From contig OZ244044.1 in the NCBI GenBank assembly GCA_965215275.1, forward strand, positions 1,056,001-1,120,000: a stretch of DNA of 64,000 nucleotides, given 5' to 3'. The notes below the pieces were generated by a model. It was not told the origin of the DNA and ran no database searches. It worked only from the letters and a program-made list of their open reading frames with translations. Origin of the DNA: Thermodesulfobacteriota bacterium (lineage in GTDB: Bacteria > Desulfobacterota_D > UBA1144 > Nemesobacterales > JAJCZQ01). A program made the translations under genes and the position numbers. Positions 1-11,846 of the stretch are shown in pieces (position 1 is the stretch's first letter; each line of letters starts with the position of its first letter).

Positions 1-1679
1 CCTTTCTTCTCAATGTGAACGGTTTTGTTTATATATATCTGTTGTCCTATTGATAAAATATTACTTACAGTCCAGTACAGTATCAACCCTGAAGGCAGTC
101 CCCAGAACATGACCGTAAATATGATCGGTAAAAACTGCATCATTTTCATCTGAAGTTCCATACTTTCACTTGCCGGAGCAACTCCCGTCGGGGTCATCTT
201 CTGCGATACAAACCACGATATACCCATTGCAAGAGGCAGTATCCTGAAGGGAATGGCAAAATCACCGAATATCGGTATATCGAACAGATGCTCGGGTTCG
301 GCCAGATCAGCTATCCATAAAAAGGCACTCTGCCTTAGATCTATCGAGTATAAAAGCACGTCGTACAACGCTACAAAAACAGGAAGCTGAAGCAGCAGGG
401 GAAAACAGCCTCCGAGACTGCTCAGAGGATTGACCCCGTGGCTGGTGTAGAGTTTCATAAGCTCCGCGTTCTGCTTTGTTTTGTCATCCTTATATTTTTC
501 CTTCATTGCATCGATCTTGGGCTTCAGGTCCGTCATCTTTACCTGCATCGCCTTCATGGACCTCATGCTCTTCAGGGTCAGAGGAAGGAACAGAACTCGT
601 AAGATCACGGTGATAGCTATTATGGAAATACCGTAATTGTGAAAGATGGAGTTTAACATTTTCAGGAACTTCAAAGCTACTTTTGCTAAAACTTCTATCC
701 ATCCGTAGTTTATTGCCTGCTCCAGACCATATCCGATCGATTGTAAGTTCTTTGGTTCTTTGGGCCCAAGGTAAAATTTCCACTTCGTCGTGCTGCTGTA
801 GCCGTCGTTGACCCTGCTCCTGGGATAAGAGAACTCTGCATTTATCAGATCGTTGTTTCCTATCGTGTTGATCAATACCGAACTGTTACTTCCGGTCCCT
901 GGTATGATAGCGGTCAGAAAGTACTTATCTCCGAAACCGAACCAGTTTACCTGTCCGCTCAGCCGTTCAGGCTGACTCGGAGGTTGAGACAGTTTCTTGA
1001 GTTCGTTGTTGATAAAAACGTAAAGTTCATTGTTACCCGTGCCTCTGATCCCTTCCGACTTAACTGCTCCAAAGGTCTGAAAGGCAATTCTGTATCTCTG
1101 CTGAACTCCGCTGCTGTTGCCAAGTGTGAGGGATTCGTCAATCGAGTAGTTTGCAGTATCGAACTCGATCGTCTTTATAATCTCCAGCCCGTCCTCGTTC
1201 TTGTACCTAAGCGTTATACCTTTGTTCTCATCACCAAGGCTTATATCGCTTCTGCCTTCATATCTGTATGGAACGAGAGAAGGAACGGCGGATTTTTCCA
1301 AATCAATGGTGGAAAAGACCCTGTTCCTGCCGTTAATCAGATTTACAGGTGGAGAATCATCGTCCGTGGTACTGGCGTAGTTTTTAAGTTCCCACTTTGT
1401 CACCCTGCCGCCAAGCGTGTCTATCTCCGCTCTGTAAAGCGGGGAATCGACCCTGATGATCGTTCCCTGCATATCGCTTTCCACCAGACTCTCGTATTTG
1501 CTGGTTGCATCAACGGGTGCAGCCTCCTCTTTTGTGGAAGCTGGAACTTCCCTGGAGATGGACTTCGGTCCTGTAGCTCCTTCTTCCTGCTTCGGTGCGA
1601 ACATATACTGAAATCCAAAAATGACCAGAAAGGAAAGAGCTAGAAAGATAATATAGTTAAATGTAAATCCACTTTTCAT
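1..1679 (-). CDS. yidC: Membrane protein insertase YidC (3' end runs off window)
   Basis: Not in ORF track. Starts MKSGFTFNYIIFLALSFLVIFGFQYMF at 1679 (ATGA overlap with yidD stop); same frame gives ...IGQQIYINKTV at the window edge; rpmH-rnpA-yidD-yidC synteny. Confidence 0.95.
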   Translation of the reverse strand, partial: MKSGFTFNYIIFLALSFLVIFGFQYMFAPKQEEGATGPKSISREVPASTKEEAAPVDATSKYESLVESDMQGTIIRVDSPLYRAEIDTLGGRVTKWELKNYASTTDDDSPPVNLINGRNRVFSTIDLEKSAVPSLVPYRYEGRSDISLGDENKGITLRYKNEDGLEIIKTIEFDTANYSIDESLTLGNSSGVQQRYRIAFQTFGAVKSEGIRGTGNNELYVFINNELKKLSQPPSQPERLSGQVNWFGFGDKYFLTAIIPGTGSNSSVLINTIGNNDLINAEFSYPRSRVNDGYSSTTKWKFYLGPKEPKNLQSIGYGLEQAINYGWIEVLAKVALKFLKMLNSIFHNYGISIIAITVILRVLFLPLTLKSMRSMKAMQVKMTDLKPKIDAMKEKYKDDKTKQNAELMKLYTSHGVNPLSSLGGCFPLLLQLPVFVALYDVLLYSIDLRQSAFLWIADLAEPEHLFDIPIFGDFAIPFRILPLAMGISWFVSQKMTPTGVAPASESMELQMKMMQFLPIIFTVMFWGLPSGLILYWTVSNILSIGQQIYINKTVHIEKK

Positions 1680-1930
1680 TTTTTCTCCCAAGGTTCTGCA
1701 GAACGTTTAATTACCGGATCATATCCGCCGGCACACATGGGATTGCACCTTAAAACCCTTTTAAAGGTCAGCCATATCCCACCTAAAACCCCATGCTCAA
1801 GCAACGACAGCCGGGAGTATTCAGAACAGGAAGGATAGAACCTGCAGGAATTTGGCAGCAAGGGAGAAAAAACCGTTTTATATATCCTGATAAGCAGCAG
1901 AAAAATCCTTAAGCAAACTTTCTCAATCAT
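1676..1930 (-). CDS. yidD: Membrane protein insertion efficiency factor
   Basis: SPLLPNSCRFYPSCSEY...RCNPMCAGGYDPV motif; likely start MIEKV at 1930. Confidence 0.95.
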   Translation of the reverse strand: MIEKVCLRIFLLLIRIYKTVFSPLLPNSCRFYPSCSEYSRLSLLEHGVLGGIWLTFKRVLRCNPMCAGGYDPVIKRSAEPWEKK

Positions 1931-2291
1931 ATTTATTAAATCGTCTGGAACTTCGTATGTTACTCTCGATCGTATCTGGCTTCCAGGTTGAAATATCTCT
2001 TTTGCATATAAATATAATGTCTTTGGAACCAAAAAGGGATTTGTTGTACCTGAAATACTCTCTGAACAGTCTTTTGACCCTGTTCCTTATAACGGACTTT
2101 TTTGAGATCTTCTTACTGACAATATAACCCACCCTAGAGTATCCGAAATCATTGGAACCATAAACTACGTCAAAACTTTCAAACCTGACCCTCTTTCCAC
2201 CTTTCAACAGACGCTCAAAGTCTTTACTTCTGCGTAAGACCCGTTCCTTCGAAAGGCGTCCGTCCAAAGCCCCTTCGTTTATTTTTTCCAT
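1923..2291 (-). CDS. rnpA: Ribonuclease P protein component
   Basis: [29 protein letters not shown] motif; synteny; exact start uncertain. Confidence 0.93.
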   Translation of the reverse strand: MEKINEGALDGRLSKERVLRRSKDFERLLKGGKRVRFESFDVVYGSNDFGYSRVGYIVSKKISKKSVIRNRVKRLFREYFRYNKSLFGSKDIIFICKRDISTWKPDTIESNIRSSRRFNKYD

Positions 2292-2428
2292 CTCTGCACA
2301 GTAAGGCTGTGCCTGCCTTTTGCCAACCTTCTTCTCAGAACTCGGCGACCTGCCTTGGTACTTATCCTCTCACGAAACCCGTGAGTCCTCATCCTTTTTT
2401 TTACGTGCGGCTGATATGTTCTTTTCAT
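2279..2428 (-). CDS. rpmH: 50S ribosomal protein L34
   Basis: Manual translation [49 protein letters not shown]. Confidence 0.97.
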   Translation of the reverse strand: MKRTYQPHVKKRMRTHGFRERISTKAGRRVLRRRLAKGRHSLTVQRWKK

Positions 2429-2770
2429 CTCTATAAAAGGTGAAAATTTACATGATTTATTTCCCTGGTCAAGAATAATGTTACTTATTTTCTTCCGGTC
2501 AGGTTCTGCTCGCCGCGATCAGTACAGCTAAGTATGTGTCTAAACGGCAGATGGACAGCCGTGAACCGTCCTGTACAAGGACCGCAAACAGTATCAGACA
2601 AGAGATAACAGGACCAGCCTTATACACTTATCTTTAAGAACTATAGTCCACTTTCTCAACAGATGAACTGCAACGGCTGTATCACCAAAACCCGAAATTG
2701 ACTTTTACATAATCTGTAATACCGGTTAAACTGTCAGGAACTTATTAAAGTATAATTCAGGTTAAACGTT

Positions 2771-2992
2771 ATGATCATTGAGGGATTGAAATTAATGGTT
2801 CTGGGGATGGTGATAGTCTATGTTTTTTTAACGGTTCTGCTGGTGCTGGTCCGTCTTTCCGCAGATGTTATTAAAAAACGTATGCCGCTTCCGACCTCAG
2901 GTTCACGCTCTGCCTCTGCAAGGAACAACGATCTCATTGCTGTACTGTCTGCTGCAATATCCGCGTACAGAAGCAAGAACTCTAATAAATAA
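2771..2992 (+). CDS. oadG: Na+-translocating decarboxylase gamma subunit
   Basis: GMVIVYVFLTVL TM segment and IAVLSAAISAY tail; upstream of alpha and beta subunits. Confidence 0.88.
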   Translation: MIIEGLKLMVLGMVIVYVFLTVLLVLVRLSADVIKKRMPLPTSGSRSASARNNDLIAVLSAAISAYRSKNSNK

Positions 2993-3005
2993 AGGTCTAT
3001 AGCTT

Positions 3006-4820
3006 ATGAAAAAAATACTATTTCAGGATACATCTTTCAGAGATGGTTTTCAGTCGTTCTTTGGTGCAAGGGTACTGACGGAAGACTTTATACCCGCGGT
3101 AGAAGCCGCAGCCCATGCGGGCATTACCCATTTTGAAGCTGGTGGAGGTGCAAGGTTTCAAAGTCTCTTCCTGTACTGCGGCGAGTCAGCTTTCGATATG
3201 ATGGACAGGTTCCGCGAAGCCGCGGGACCTGACGCGAACCTGCAGACGCTTGCAAGAGGTATAAACGTCGTCGCTCTGTCACAGCAGCCTAAGGATATGA
3301 TAGACCTTCATGCAAAAATGTTTAAAAAACATGGCATTACCCATATAAGGAACTTTGATGCACTGAACGACGTCAGGAACCTTGAGTACTCGGGAAAGTG
3401 TATAAAAAGCTCCGGACTGCACCATCAGGCGGTCGTGACCCTTATGGAACTTCCTCCCGGATGTACGGGAGCACATGACGTTGATTTTTATATAAAGACC
3501 CTCAGAAAGATCCTGGATTCCGGCCTGCCGTTCGATTCTATCTGCTTCAAGGACGCTTCAGGAACGTCCAGTCAACACAAGATCTACGAAACCGTAAAAG
3601 CCGCAAGGAAGCTGGTGGGTAATGATACGATCCTGTGGATGCACACTCATGAAACGGCTTCTCAGGGAGTTTCTCAATACCTTGCCGCCATAAACGGCGG
3701 ATGCGACGGTATATGCGTGGCAAGAGCACCTGTTTCTGGCGGAACTTCGCAGCCCGATCTTATTTCAATGTGGAACGCCTTGAAAGGTACGGATTTCACA
3801 CTTGATATAGATGTGAACAAAATACTTGAAGCGAACGCAGTGTTCAGAGAACAGATGAAGGATTACTACTTTCCACCTGAAGCTCTGAAAGTTTCCTCGG
3901 AAGTGCTTCTGTCCCCAATGCCGGGAGGTGCGCTTACCGCTAACACGATGATGATGAGGGACACGGGAACTCTGCACCTGTACCCTCAGGTGATTGAGGC
4001 AATGTCCGAATGCGTTGCCAAAGGAGGATTTGGCACCTCGGTCACACCGGTTTCACAGTTTTACTTTCAGCAGGCCTATGCCAATGTAACACAGGGTGCA
4101 TGGAAGAAAATAACCGAAGGCTATGGGAATATGGTTCTTGGATATTTCGGTAAAACGCCGGTAAGTCCTGACCCGGAAGTTGTAAAGATCGCCGAAAAAC
4201 AGATGGAAAAACCCGTGTTTGACGGTAATCCGGTTGATATACTTGATCCTGGCATACCAAAGGCAAAAGCAGTGCTTGAAGAGAACGGACTGGAGATCAA
4301 CGACGAGAACGTATTCATAGTCGGTGCACTTGAAACCCCCGGTGGGAACAAGGGACTGGAGTTCCTTAAAGGTAACTTTACAGTTAACGTCAGAAAGGAA
4401 TCAGGAGATAAACAGCCTGAGGCAAAGCCAACTGCAAGAACTGCTTCCCCATCAGGACCGGAAAAATTCATAATCGCCGTCAATGGAAAGGACTACAGAG
4501 TAACGGTCAGAGAAGACGATCAGGAAATACAGGAAGTAAGTGAGGTAAAACCCAAACCTTCTGAACCAGCACCGAAAACCTCTCCTGACGTGTCAGGGGA
4601 CGTTGTGGAAGTTGCTGCAAACGTTCCTGGAAATATTTATAAAGTGGCGGTAAAAGCAGGAGATGAAGTAAACGAAAACGATACTTTAATAGTTCTTGAA
4701 GCTATGAAGATGGAAACTCCAGTAGCTTCCCCGTGCAGGGGAAGGGTGGATTCAGTTGAAGTGGAACAGGGGGACGTCGTGGAAACCGGACAGCTTCTGC
4801 TTACCATCAGTCCACAGTAA
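3006..4820 (+). CDS. oadA: Oxaloacetate decarboxylase alpha / pyruvate carboxyltransferase with biotinyl domain
   Basis: [25 protein letters not shown] motifs and C-terminal EAMKM biotin site. Confidence 0.9.
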   Translation: MKKILFQDTSFRDGFQSFFGARVLTEDFIPAVEAAAHAGITHFEAGGGARFQSLFLYCGESAFDMMDRFREAAGPDANLQTLARGINVVALSQQPKDMIDLHAKMFKKHGITHIRNFDALNDVRNLEYSGKCIKSSGLHHQAVVTLMELPPGCTGAHDVDFYIKTLRKILDSGLPFDSICFKDASGTSSQHKIYETVKAARKLVGNDTILWMHTHETASQGVSQYLAAINGGCDGICVARAPVSGGTSQPDLISMWNALKGTDFTLDIDVNKILEANAVFREQMKDYYFPPEALKVSSEVLLSPMPGGALTANTMMMRDTGTLHLYPQVIEAMSECVAKGGFGTSVTPVSQFYFQQAYANVTQGAWKKITEGYGNMVLGYFGKTPVSPDPEVVKIAEKQMEKPVFDGNPVDILDPGIPKAKAVLEENGLEINDENVFIVGALETPGGNKGLEFLKGNFTVNVRKESGDKQPEAKPTARTASPSGPEKFIIAVNGKDYRVTVREDDQEIQEVSEVKPKPSEPAPKTSPDVSGDVVEVAANVPGNIYKVAVKAGDEVNENDTLIVLEAMKMETPVASPCRGRVDSVEVEQGDVVETGQLLLTISPQ

Positions 4821-4828
4821 ACCAGATA

Positions 4829-6127
4829 ATGAGAATTGTAGCCTGCCTGCTTTTTATAACGGTCCTGACCGGACTGTTCTCAAATGACCTTACACACGCC
4901 GCCGAGACGGTTTCATCCATTGAGATATCCCAGGCACAGGAAACTCCTTCCCTTCCCGGGTTTGGAGAACTTATATCCAATATAGCCGAAGCTACCGGTA
5001 TAAGCGGATTTATAGAAGGTAACAGGAACTCCTGGACGGACGGGCTGGGACGTCTGTTAATGATAATGATCGGGTTCCTGCTCCTTTATCTGGGAATTGC
5101 AAAAAAATTCGAACCTCTGCTTCTGGTAACCATTGCCTTCGGGTGTATCTTATCAAATATCCCCCTTGCCGGAATAAGTGAACCGGGGGGTATTATTTAC
5201 TATATTTACGATATAGGGATCAAAACGGGTATTTTCCCTCTGATAATCTTTATGGGAGTGGGAGCACTGACCGATTTCGGACCTCTTCTGGCAAACCCAA
5301 AGACCATCCTGCTTGGAGGAGCTGCACAGTTCGGTATCTTCACAACTGTGGTAGGTGCACTTGCACTTACGCAATACGTGCCGGGAATTGATTTTTCGTT
5401 CAAGGACGCCGCCTCTATCGGTATCATAGGAGGTGCGGATGGTCCCACTGCGATCTATCTGTCCTCTCAACTCTCACCCAGACTGCTGGGAGCGATCTCC
5501 ATAGCCGCTTATTCATATATGGCACTGGTGCCTATAATCCAGCCTCCTATAATGAAACTCCTGACAACAAAGGAAGAGAGAAAGATAAAAATGAGGCAGT
5601 TGAGACCGGTCGGAAAGACCGAAAAGATCATATTCCCTCTTATGGCGTTAACTCTTTGTACCCTTTTGCTGCCTTCGGCCGCACCACTTATCGGGTTTTT
5701 TATGTTCGGTAACCTGATGAGAGAATGCGGGGTCGTTGAAAGACTGTCCGACACGACGCGTAACGCACTGATAAATATAACGACCATATTTCTGGGGCTC
5801 GGAGTTGGTTCAAGACTGCTGGCTAATGAGTTCCTCACCCTGGAGACACTAGGGATATTACTGCTTGGAATCATTGCTTTCAGTATAGGTACGGCTTCAG
5901 GAGTGCTGATGGCAAAACTTATGAACCTGTTTTCCCCGACGAAACTCAATCCCCTGATCGGTTCAGCTGGCGTTTCTGCCGTTCCCATGGCCGCAAGGGT
6001 CTCTCAGGATATGGGAGCAAAGGAAGATCCCCAGAACATCCTTCTCATGCACGCAATGGGACCTAACGTTGCAGGCGTGGTGGGATCAGCGGTTGCCGCG
6101 GGTATGCTTCTTGCCGTTTTTCAGTAA
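4829..6127 (+). CDS. oadB: Na+-translocating decarboxylase beta subunit
   Basis: [39 protein letters not shown] motifs. Confidence 0.95.
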   Translation: MRIVACLLFITVLTGLFSNDLTHAAETVSSIEISQAQETPSLPGFGELISNIAEATGISGFIEGNRNSWTDGLGRLLMIMIGFLLLYLGIAKKFEPLLLVTIAFGCILSNIPLAGISEPGGIIYYIYDIGIKTGIFPLIIFMGVGALTDFGPLLANPKTILLGGAAQFGIFTTVVGALALTQYVPGIDFSFKDAASIGIIGGADGPTAIYLSSQLSPRLLGAISIAAYSYMALVPIIQPPIMKLLTTKEERKIKMRQLRPVGKTEKIIFPLMALTLCTLLLPSAAPLIGFFMFGNLMRECGVVERLSDTTRNALINITTIFLGLGVGSRLLANEFLTLETLGILLLGIIAFSIGTASGVLMAKLMNLFSPTKLNPLIGSAGVSAVPMAARVSQDMGAKEDPQNILLMHAMGPNVAGVVGSAVAAGMLLAVFQ

Positions 6128-6139
6128 TATCAGATAAGT

Positions 6140-7594
6140 TCAGCCTGCCGCTTTGGCACCGTGTGAAGTTCTCCCGGTTAAAACCGTCATAACCGTAACC
6201 AGCGTGTTCACGCCAAGCAGTATGATATCCGTGCGCAGTCCCATAACCGCTTTTGGCACGATACCAAAGAGCGACATCAGGAACAACGCCAGACTGACCG
6301 TGGTAACGATCGGGATCAAAGCGTTGAACCTTCTTTGCTTGCAGAGAATGGACGTCATTATCATCGGAGACATAAGTGCCGTTCCCATAAATCCATGTAA
6401 AGCCAGCTGTATAAGGCTTTTGGAACTTTTAATGGCAACAATGAAAGAGGCAAAACAAAATACCAGTATAACCAGCTTTACAAACACTATCGGAGATATG
6501 TTCAGCCTTCTGCTGAACCTGGAAAAAGCATTGTTGATCTCCGACCCGAGGGCAAAGAACTGGGAGTCGGAAGTCGACATAGCAGCTGCCAGTATCCCTA
6601 TCAGGGCAATGGCACCTATAACGGCGTTCTGCTGCAGTATCAGTTTACCGATGAACTCGGGACCGCTCTCAGCAGATATGGCAACCGCACCGTAAAGTCC
6701 GATTATAAGTCCCGCTATAAGGAGAAGAAAAGTAAAGGAAGCATGCAGAACCGGAACTTTGCGCCTCTCGTCCAGCCCCTTGAGTATACTGAGCCTTGCA
6801 GTGAGCTGAGGCTGCGACAGTGGCAGCAGAACGATGGATATAAACCCCACTATAAGCCACTGCACTGAAAGAAGTCCCTTGGGACCGGGAGCTGACAGCA
6901 GTTCAGGGTTTGTTTCCGACACGGCCTGAACCAGTTTTCCGATCCCGCCAAAGTCAGACAGAACGATCGCTGCCATTATCCATATAACGATAAACAGCAT
7001 GACCCCCTGAAGTGCATCACAGTACATAATGCCCCTCAGACCACCTATGGACGAATAAAGATACATAAGCACCAGAATAATGACCGCCCAGCCCCATTGA
7101 GGAACGGGACCATTAAACAGGGAAACGTGAATATCAACTATACTGGCAAGAAGTCCAGACGCTCCCTTGATCTGAATAGCTATGTAGGGAACAAGAAATA
7201 TTACAAGTCCCACCACGTAGACGATGACCCCGTAGGAACCAAACGTTTCCCTGAGCAGGTCCGATATACTGCGAAACTCCCTCGCGGCTATCCTTTTTCT
7301 CAGCTTCAGCGAAAGCCATAACGTGAAGATGGCCAGCGCCATATCGGTTACTCCCAGGAATATCCACGTTGCAACTCCATGCACGCGGAAGAAGTTAGGC
7401 ATCCCTATAAGAATGAAAGTACTGTACAGGGTGGCAAAGAACGTCAGAAAACCGATTATCGTCCCCAGGTTGCCACCTGCGAGAAAGAACTGATGCTCAT
7501 CGCCCTTGTTCTTCCTGTTCCCCAGAACGGCAAGGCTTATGAGCACAACAAGGTATATCCCAGCAACTGCTATAAAAGTTATTCCCGTATTCAT
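6140..7594 (-). CDS. Sodium:solute symporter family protein
   Basis: Multi-TM; FFLAGGNLG, YSSIGGLRG, AAAMSTSDS SSS motifs. Confidence 0.88.
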   Translation of the reverse strand: MNTGITFIAVAGIYLVVLISLAVLGNRKNKGDEHQFFLAGGNLGTIIGFLTFFATLYSTFILIGMPNFFRVHGVATWIFLGVTDMALAIFTLWLSLKLRKRIAAREFRSISDLLRETFGSYGVIVYVVGLVIFLVPYIAIQIKGASGLLASIVDIHVSLFNGPVPQWGWAVIILVLMYLYSSIGGLRGIMYCDALQGVMLFIVIWIMAAIVLSDFGGIGKLVQAVSETNPELLSAPGPKGLLSVQWLIVGFISIVLLPLSQPQLTARLSILKGLDERRKVPVLHASFTFLLLIAGLIIGLYGAVAISAESGPEFIGKLILQQNAVIGAIALIGILAAAMSTSDSQFFALGSEINNAFSRFSRRLNISPIVFVKLVILVFCFASFIVAIKSSKSLIQLALHGFMGTALMSPMIMTSILCKQRRFNALIPIVTTVSLALFLMSLFGIVPKAVMGLRTDIILLGVNTLVTVMTVLTGRTSHGAKAAG

Positions 7595-7625
7595 GTACGT
7601 CTCTTTTTTAATGTAAGGGGGTCAG

Positions 7626-7841
7626 TTACTTTCTGTCACCATCCGTGGTCAGCATTGCCAGAACGAGTATCACGTATACAGAAAGTGATATAAGTATCCC
7701 GCTCCACAGGGTCCTTGGAAGTCCCAGAAAATACGGCTCTGACACTCCATAAGGAATTACCAGAGGAGTAAACGATATGACCGACAGGATTAATACGACC
7801 ACCCCGTAAAGTGTCCAACGGATTCGTATACTGTTTTTCAT
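7626..7841 (-). CDS. Small two-TM membrane protein, SSS partner type
   Basis: PYFLGLPRTLW between two TM helices, directly upstream of SSS gene. Confidence 0.65.
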   Translation of the reverse strand: MKNSIRIRWTLYGVVVLILSVISFTPLVIPYGVSEPYFLGLPRTLWSGILISLSVYVILVLAMLTTDGDRK

Positions 7842-8046
7842 ACTGGATTGAAAGCAGCTGATCACATACCGATATTAGTAATAAAGAGCATTTTACTTAA
7901 AATAATGAGCGAGTGTCAAGGTAAGCCGTGATAACGCCTGCTTTAAAGTCGGAGATACGGAAGTACATAACCCCATGAAACAAAGCGTCCTTGGTCGTTC
8001 TCTCTGTTGACTTAAAAAACCTTATCGTTAACATTAAAATCGTCCT

Positions 8047-9354
8047 ATGGAAAAAAAATACCTGTATTTAGAAACCTACGGCTGCCAGATGAACGAATAT
8101 GATTCAGATCGTATTCATAACGCACTTGACGCCGAACTTACTGACGACCCTGCAAGTGCCGACTGCATAATCGTAAATACCTGTGCAATAAGAGAAAAAG
8201 CGGATCAGAAAGCCTTGAGCAGCGTTGGGAGATTTAAACACATCAAGAGGAAAAACCCCGAGGTGATCATAGGCATTGCAGGATGTGTTGCACAGTTATA
8301 CGGAGACAAACTGCTGAAGAAGATACCGCATCTGGACTTTGTGCTCGGTCCAAGAGCGATCCCGAAACTGCCGGAGATCATATCCGATATAAAAACAAAG
8401 AGATCAAGACCAGTTGAAACCTCTTTTGACATAGAAGAGGTTTTTGAAGTTACTCCCTATCATGAGAGCGGTAAAGTGAACGGGTATGTATCCATCCAGC
8501 AGGGATGTAACAAAAGGTGCACCTACTGCGTGGTACCATCGGTCAGGGGCAGTGAACTTAACAGACCAACACAGGATATAATAAGAGAAACCGTTTATCT
8601 CCTGTCAAAAGGTGTCAGGGAGATCACTTTGATCGGACAGACGGTCAATTCATGGAAGTACGACAGGTATAAGTTCGGCGACCTGTTGAGGATCGTGGGA
8701 GAACTTGAAGGACTTGAAAGATTACGATTTACCACTTCCTACCCAAGGGATATAACAAAACGTATGATAGATGCAATGAAAGAGGTAAGAACGGTATGCA
8801 GGCACATTCACCTGCCCGTACAGTCAGGATCTAACAAAGTGCTGAAACTGATGAACAGAACCTACACAAGGGAATGGTTTTTAGACTGCGTCAGCAGGCT
8901 GAAGGACGCTATGCCGGACCTTGCCATCTCGTCCGATATAATAGTGGGTTTTCCGGGAGAGACCGACCCTGATTTTCAGCAAACGATAAGCCTTCTTGAG
9001 GAAGTAAGATTTGAAAGTTCGTTCTCCTTTAAATTTTCACCGAGGCCGGGAACCCCAGGTGAAGAACTCGCCCGGACAGATGCAGTTGATGACGAAGTCT
9101 CCGGACAGAGGCTGAAACGGTATCAGCAGCTGCAAAGACAGTACACCATGGAGCAGAACATGGAACGTACCGGTATGGTGGAGGAAGTTTTAGTGGAAGG
9201 TGAAAGCAGACAGAGCAGATCAGTTTTATCTGGCAGAACCACCCATAACAGAATTGTGAACTTTGAAGGCAGTAAAAACCTGATAGGCGACCTTGTATCG
9301 GTCAAGGTACAGGAAGGATTGCCTAATTCACTGAGAGGAGTAATAATAAACTGA
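8047..9354 (+). CDS. miaB: tRNA i6A37 methylthiotransferase
   Basis: TYGCQMN, NTCAIRE, GCVAQ, radical SAM CNKRCTYC, C-terminal TRAM domain. Confidence 0.96.
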   Translation: MEKKYLYLETYGCQMNEYDSDRIHNALDAELTDDPASADCIIVNTCAIREKADQKALSSVGRFKHIKRKNPEVIIGIAGCVAQLYGDKLLKKIPHLDFVLGPRAIPKLPEIISDIKTKRSRPVETSFDIEEVFEVTPYHESGKVNGYVSIQQGCNKRCTYCVVPSVRGSELNRPTQDIIRETVYLLSKGVREITLIGQTVNSWKYDRYKFGDLLRIVGELEGLERLRFTTSYPRDITKRMIDAMKEVRTVCRHIHLPVQSGSNKVLKLMNRTYTREWFLDCVSRLKDAMPDLAISSDIIVGFPGETDPDFQQTISLLEEVRFESSFSFKFSPRPGTPGEELARTDAVDDEVSGQRLKRYQQLQRQYTMEQNMERTGMVEEVLVEGESRQSRSVLSGRTTHNRIVNFEGSKNLIGDLVSVKVQEGLPNSLRGVIIN

Positions 9355-9365
9355 CTGGTGATAAA

Positions 9366-9842
9366 GTGCTTCAGGAAATGAAAGTTACGGGAATAGCAAT
9401 AGACCCACTTACGAACAGTCCCATAGTTATACTAAAGAGCGAAAATGGAGATAAGGTCCTTCCGATCTGGGTTGGCTATCTGGAGGCCAGTTCCATTGCA
9501 ATGGAACTGGAACAGGTCCAGCGTCCTCGCCCCGTAACCCATGATCTGATGAAAAACATGTTCGATAAGCTGAACTTCAAACTTTCCAGGATCGAGGTCA
9601 CAGAACTGAAGGAGAACACTTTTTACGCGAACATATACCTGCAGAACAATGGTAAGGAACACGTGTTCGACGCAAGGCCAAGTGACGCCATAGCAGTTGC
9701 CCTGAGGACCGGTGCTCCAATATACGTAAGCAAAGAGGTTATTGAGAACGCCCAGAACATTGAGATTGACGACGACAGGGAAAAAATAAGAGATATACTG
9801 TCTCAAATGTCGGATGAGGAGTTCGGTAAGTATAAAATGTAG
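9366..9842 (+). CDS. Bifunctional nuclease family (DUF151)
   Basis: LPIWVGYLEA, RPVTHDL, DARPSDAIAVAL motifs. Confidence 0.92.
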   Translation: MLQEMKVTGIAIDPLTNSPIVILKSENGDKVLPIWVGYLEASSIAMELEQVQRPRPVTHDLMKNMFDKLNFKLSRIEVTELKENTFYANIYLQNNGKEHVFDARPSDAIAVALRTGAPIYVSKEVIENAQNIEIDDDREKIRDILSQMSDEEFGKYKM

Positions 9843-9849
9843 TCAGGGT

Positions 9850-10062
9850 TTAATGATAGGCGTGACCCCTCAGTTCCTTTCTGTCCGTTATGACCTTAAG
9901 TACATCTCCGCATTTTTCACACTGAAGCCTGAGTTCGATCGGTGGATGGCTTATACCGATACTGACTATCATCAGACCCCAGAAGGAATGTATCGATTTG
10001 GGCACTACCCACGGGTCTCCCAGTTTATATCCGCATTTACATGATCTGCTTTCATCGCTCAT
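9850..10062 (-). CDS. Small Cys-containing hypothetical protein
   Basis: CKCG...CEKCG pairs around a hydrophobic segment. Confidence 0.55.
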   Translation of the reverse strand: MSDESRSCKCGYKLGDPWVVPKSIHSFWGLMIVSIGISHPPIELRLQCEKCGDVLKVITDRKELRGHAYH

Positions 10063-10107
10063 GGGCTTGAACTGCTGACCTTCACCTTTTACCTGACCGC
10101 CTTGAAA

Positions 10108-10139
10108 TTAAAGAACCTGCAACTTTGCAGGTTCTTTAA
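10108..10139. terminator. Hairpin downstream of amt (likely intrinsic terminator)
   Basis: Perfect inverted repeat TTAAAGAACCTGCAA-ct-TTGCAGGTTCTTTAA. Confidence 0.7.
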
Positions 10140-10169
10140 CGTTATGACAAGATCTTAATCTGAGCATAC

Positions 10170-11501
10170 TTACAGGTCGTACCCGACTTCACCATGGTCG
10201 GTAACGTCCAGACCCTCCAGTTCCTCAGCGTCTGTGACCTTAAGACCAACTATCCCGTCAACCACTTTAAGTATCACGTAACTTACTACAGCCGTATATA
10301 TTATAGCGAACGCGGCGGCATAGACCTGTATTCCGAACTGCTTTGCAATATTGAGCGACTCTTCCGACCCACCGAACTTGGACGAAGCAAATATCGAAAC
10401 CAGTATAATTCCCACAAATCCACCAATTCCGTGAACCCCGACAACGTCAAGTGCATCATCGTATTTGAACCTGAACTTTACTATCGTTGCAAAAATATAA
10501 GCCAGTACTGACGAAACAAATCCTATAACTAACGCACCCAGCGGTCCCACCGTACCTGAGGCTGGCGTAATGGCAGCCAATCCTGCTATTGCTCCCGTTG
10601 CAAAACCAAGAGCACTTGGTTTACCGTTCTTTATCCATTCTATGATTATCCAAGTAAGTGCAGCCGTACACGGCGATATCTGAGTTACCACGACCGCCAT
10701 TGCAGCCTGACCATTTGCAGCCAGGGCACTGCCACCGTTAAATCCAAACCATCCCACCCACAGCATTGCAGTTCCCACAAGCGTCATCGTAAGGTTGTGA
10801 GGCAAGGAGATATGACCAGGGAATCCCCTTCGTGCTCCAATGACCACAGCGGCAACAAGTGCAGCCACACCAGCGGTAATATGAACAACGATACCACCTG
10901 CAAAATCAAACACTCCCATATCCCCTAAATAGGAACCCTCTCCACCCCATACCATGTGAGCTATCGGGAAATAGCAGAACGTTACCCATAAAGCCGTAAA
11001 TATCAGCATTGCCGAGAATTTCATTCTTTCGGCAAAAGCACCCACGATAAGTCCAGGGGTTATGATCGCAAAAGTAAGCTGAAAGGCAAAGAAAAGTACC
11101 TCCGGTATCGTCCCGGAGAGAGAATCAGTACCAATTCCGCTCAAAAAGACCTTGTTCAGACCACCTATGAACGAATTCAGGGTAATCTCCCCTGCAACCA
11201 TGCCCACAGAGTCAAAGGTCAGGCTGTAGCCAAACAAAGTCCAGATGATCGTAACGACCGCAGTGATCGAAAGACACTGCATAAATACAGAAAGTACGTT
11301 CTTTTTAGCTACAAGTCCGCCATAGAACATTGCAAGCCCGGGGATCATCATAAAAAGCACAAGTCCGGTTGAGATCAATATCCATGCTGAATCTCCTGAA
11401 CTCAACTCATCGGCAAATGCGTTTTCAGATGATAAAAGAACAACACAAAGGATCAAACTTAACCTGAACAAAGCAGGTAAAACGCGTTTTAAACTCATCA
11501 T
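10170..11501 (-). CDS. amtB: Ammonium transporter
   Basis: PGLAMFYGG, DFAGGIVVH, LWVGWFGFNGGS, DDALDVVGVHG motifs. Confidence 0.96.
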   Translation of the reverse strand: MMSLKRVLPALFRLSLILCVVLLSSENAFADELSSGDSAWILISTGLVLFMMIPGLAMFYGGLVAKKNVLSVFMQCLSITAVVTIIWTLFGYSLTFDSVGMVAGEITLNSFIGGLNKVFLSGIGTDSLSGTIPEVLFFAFQLTFAIITPGLIVGAFAERMKFSAMLIFTALWVTFCYFPIAHMVWGGEGSYLGDMGVFDFAGGIVVHITAGVAALVAAVVIGARRGFPGHISLPHNLTMTLVGTAMLWVGWFGFNGGSALAANGQAAMAVVVTQISPCTAALTWIIIEWIKNGKPSALGFATGAIAGLAAITPASGTVGPLGALVIGFVSSVLAYIFATIVKFRFKYDDALDVVGVHGIGGFVGIILVSIFASSKFGGSEESLNIAKQFGIQVYAAAFAIIYTAVVSYVILKVVDGIVGLKVTDAEELEGLDVTDHGEVGYDL

Positions 11502-11846
11502 ATCCTTCCATCTCCTTTAAACTGTTTAAATTATCTTCATAATAATAAACCATAAAGAACTTTTTTAACAGATAAATTGCGGCCATACACCTTCAGCAGC
11601 TAAGTTAGCTCAGCCGCTTAACCTTCAGATCTTTTAGCCTTTCTGCTGAATTTAACTGACTGCTTTGTCTATCCGTGCTGACAACTTGTACAAGGTTATT
11701 TCAGCAAGTCCTCAGCTGTGAAAGACTTGCGGGATAAGTAAAGGTGTCTTTGGAATTTTCAAGAGGTTAAAAATCACCGGTCTTGTTTAATTATCATCTC
11801 AGCGTTCAAAGCATCCTTTTGCGTCTGGTCTTCAAGCTTCATCTTA

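Noticed and set aside
490..1643. Listed ORFs 490-783, 984-1643 and 1421-1618 suggesting a broken yidC
   Set aside because: yidC start and end are in the same frame and run off the window; these are shadow ORFs
2429..2770. Possible oriC/dnaA upstream of rpmH
   Set aside because: No dnaA gene follows and no cluster of TTATCCACA boxes was seen; oadG comes next
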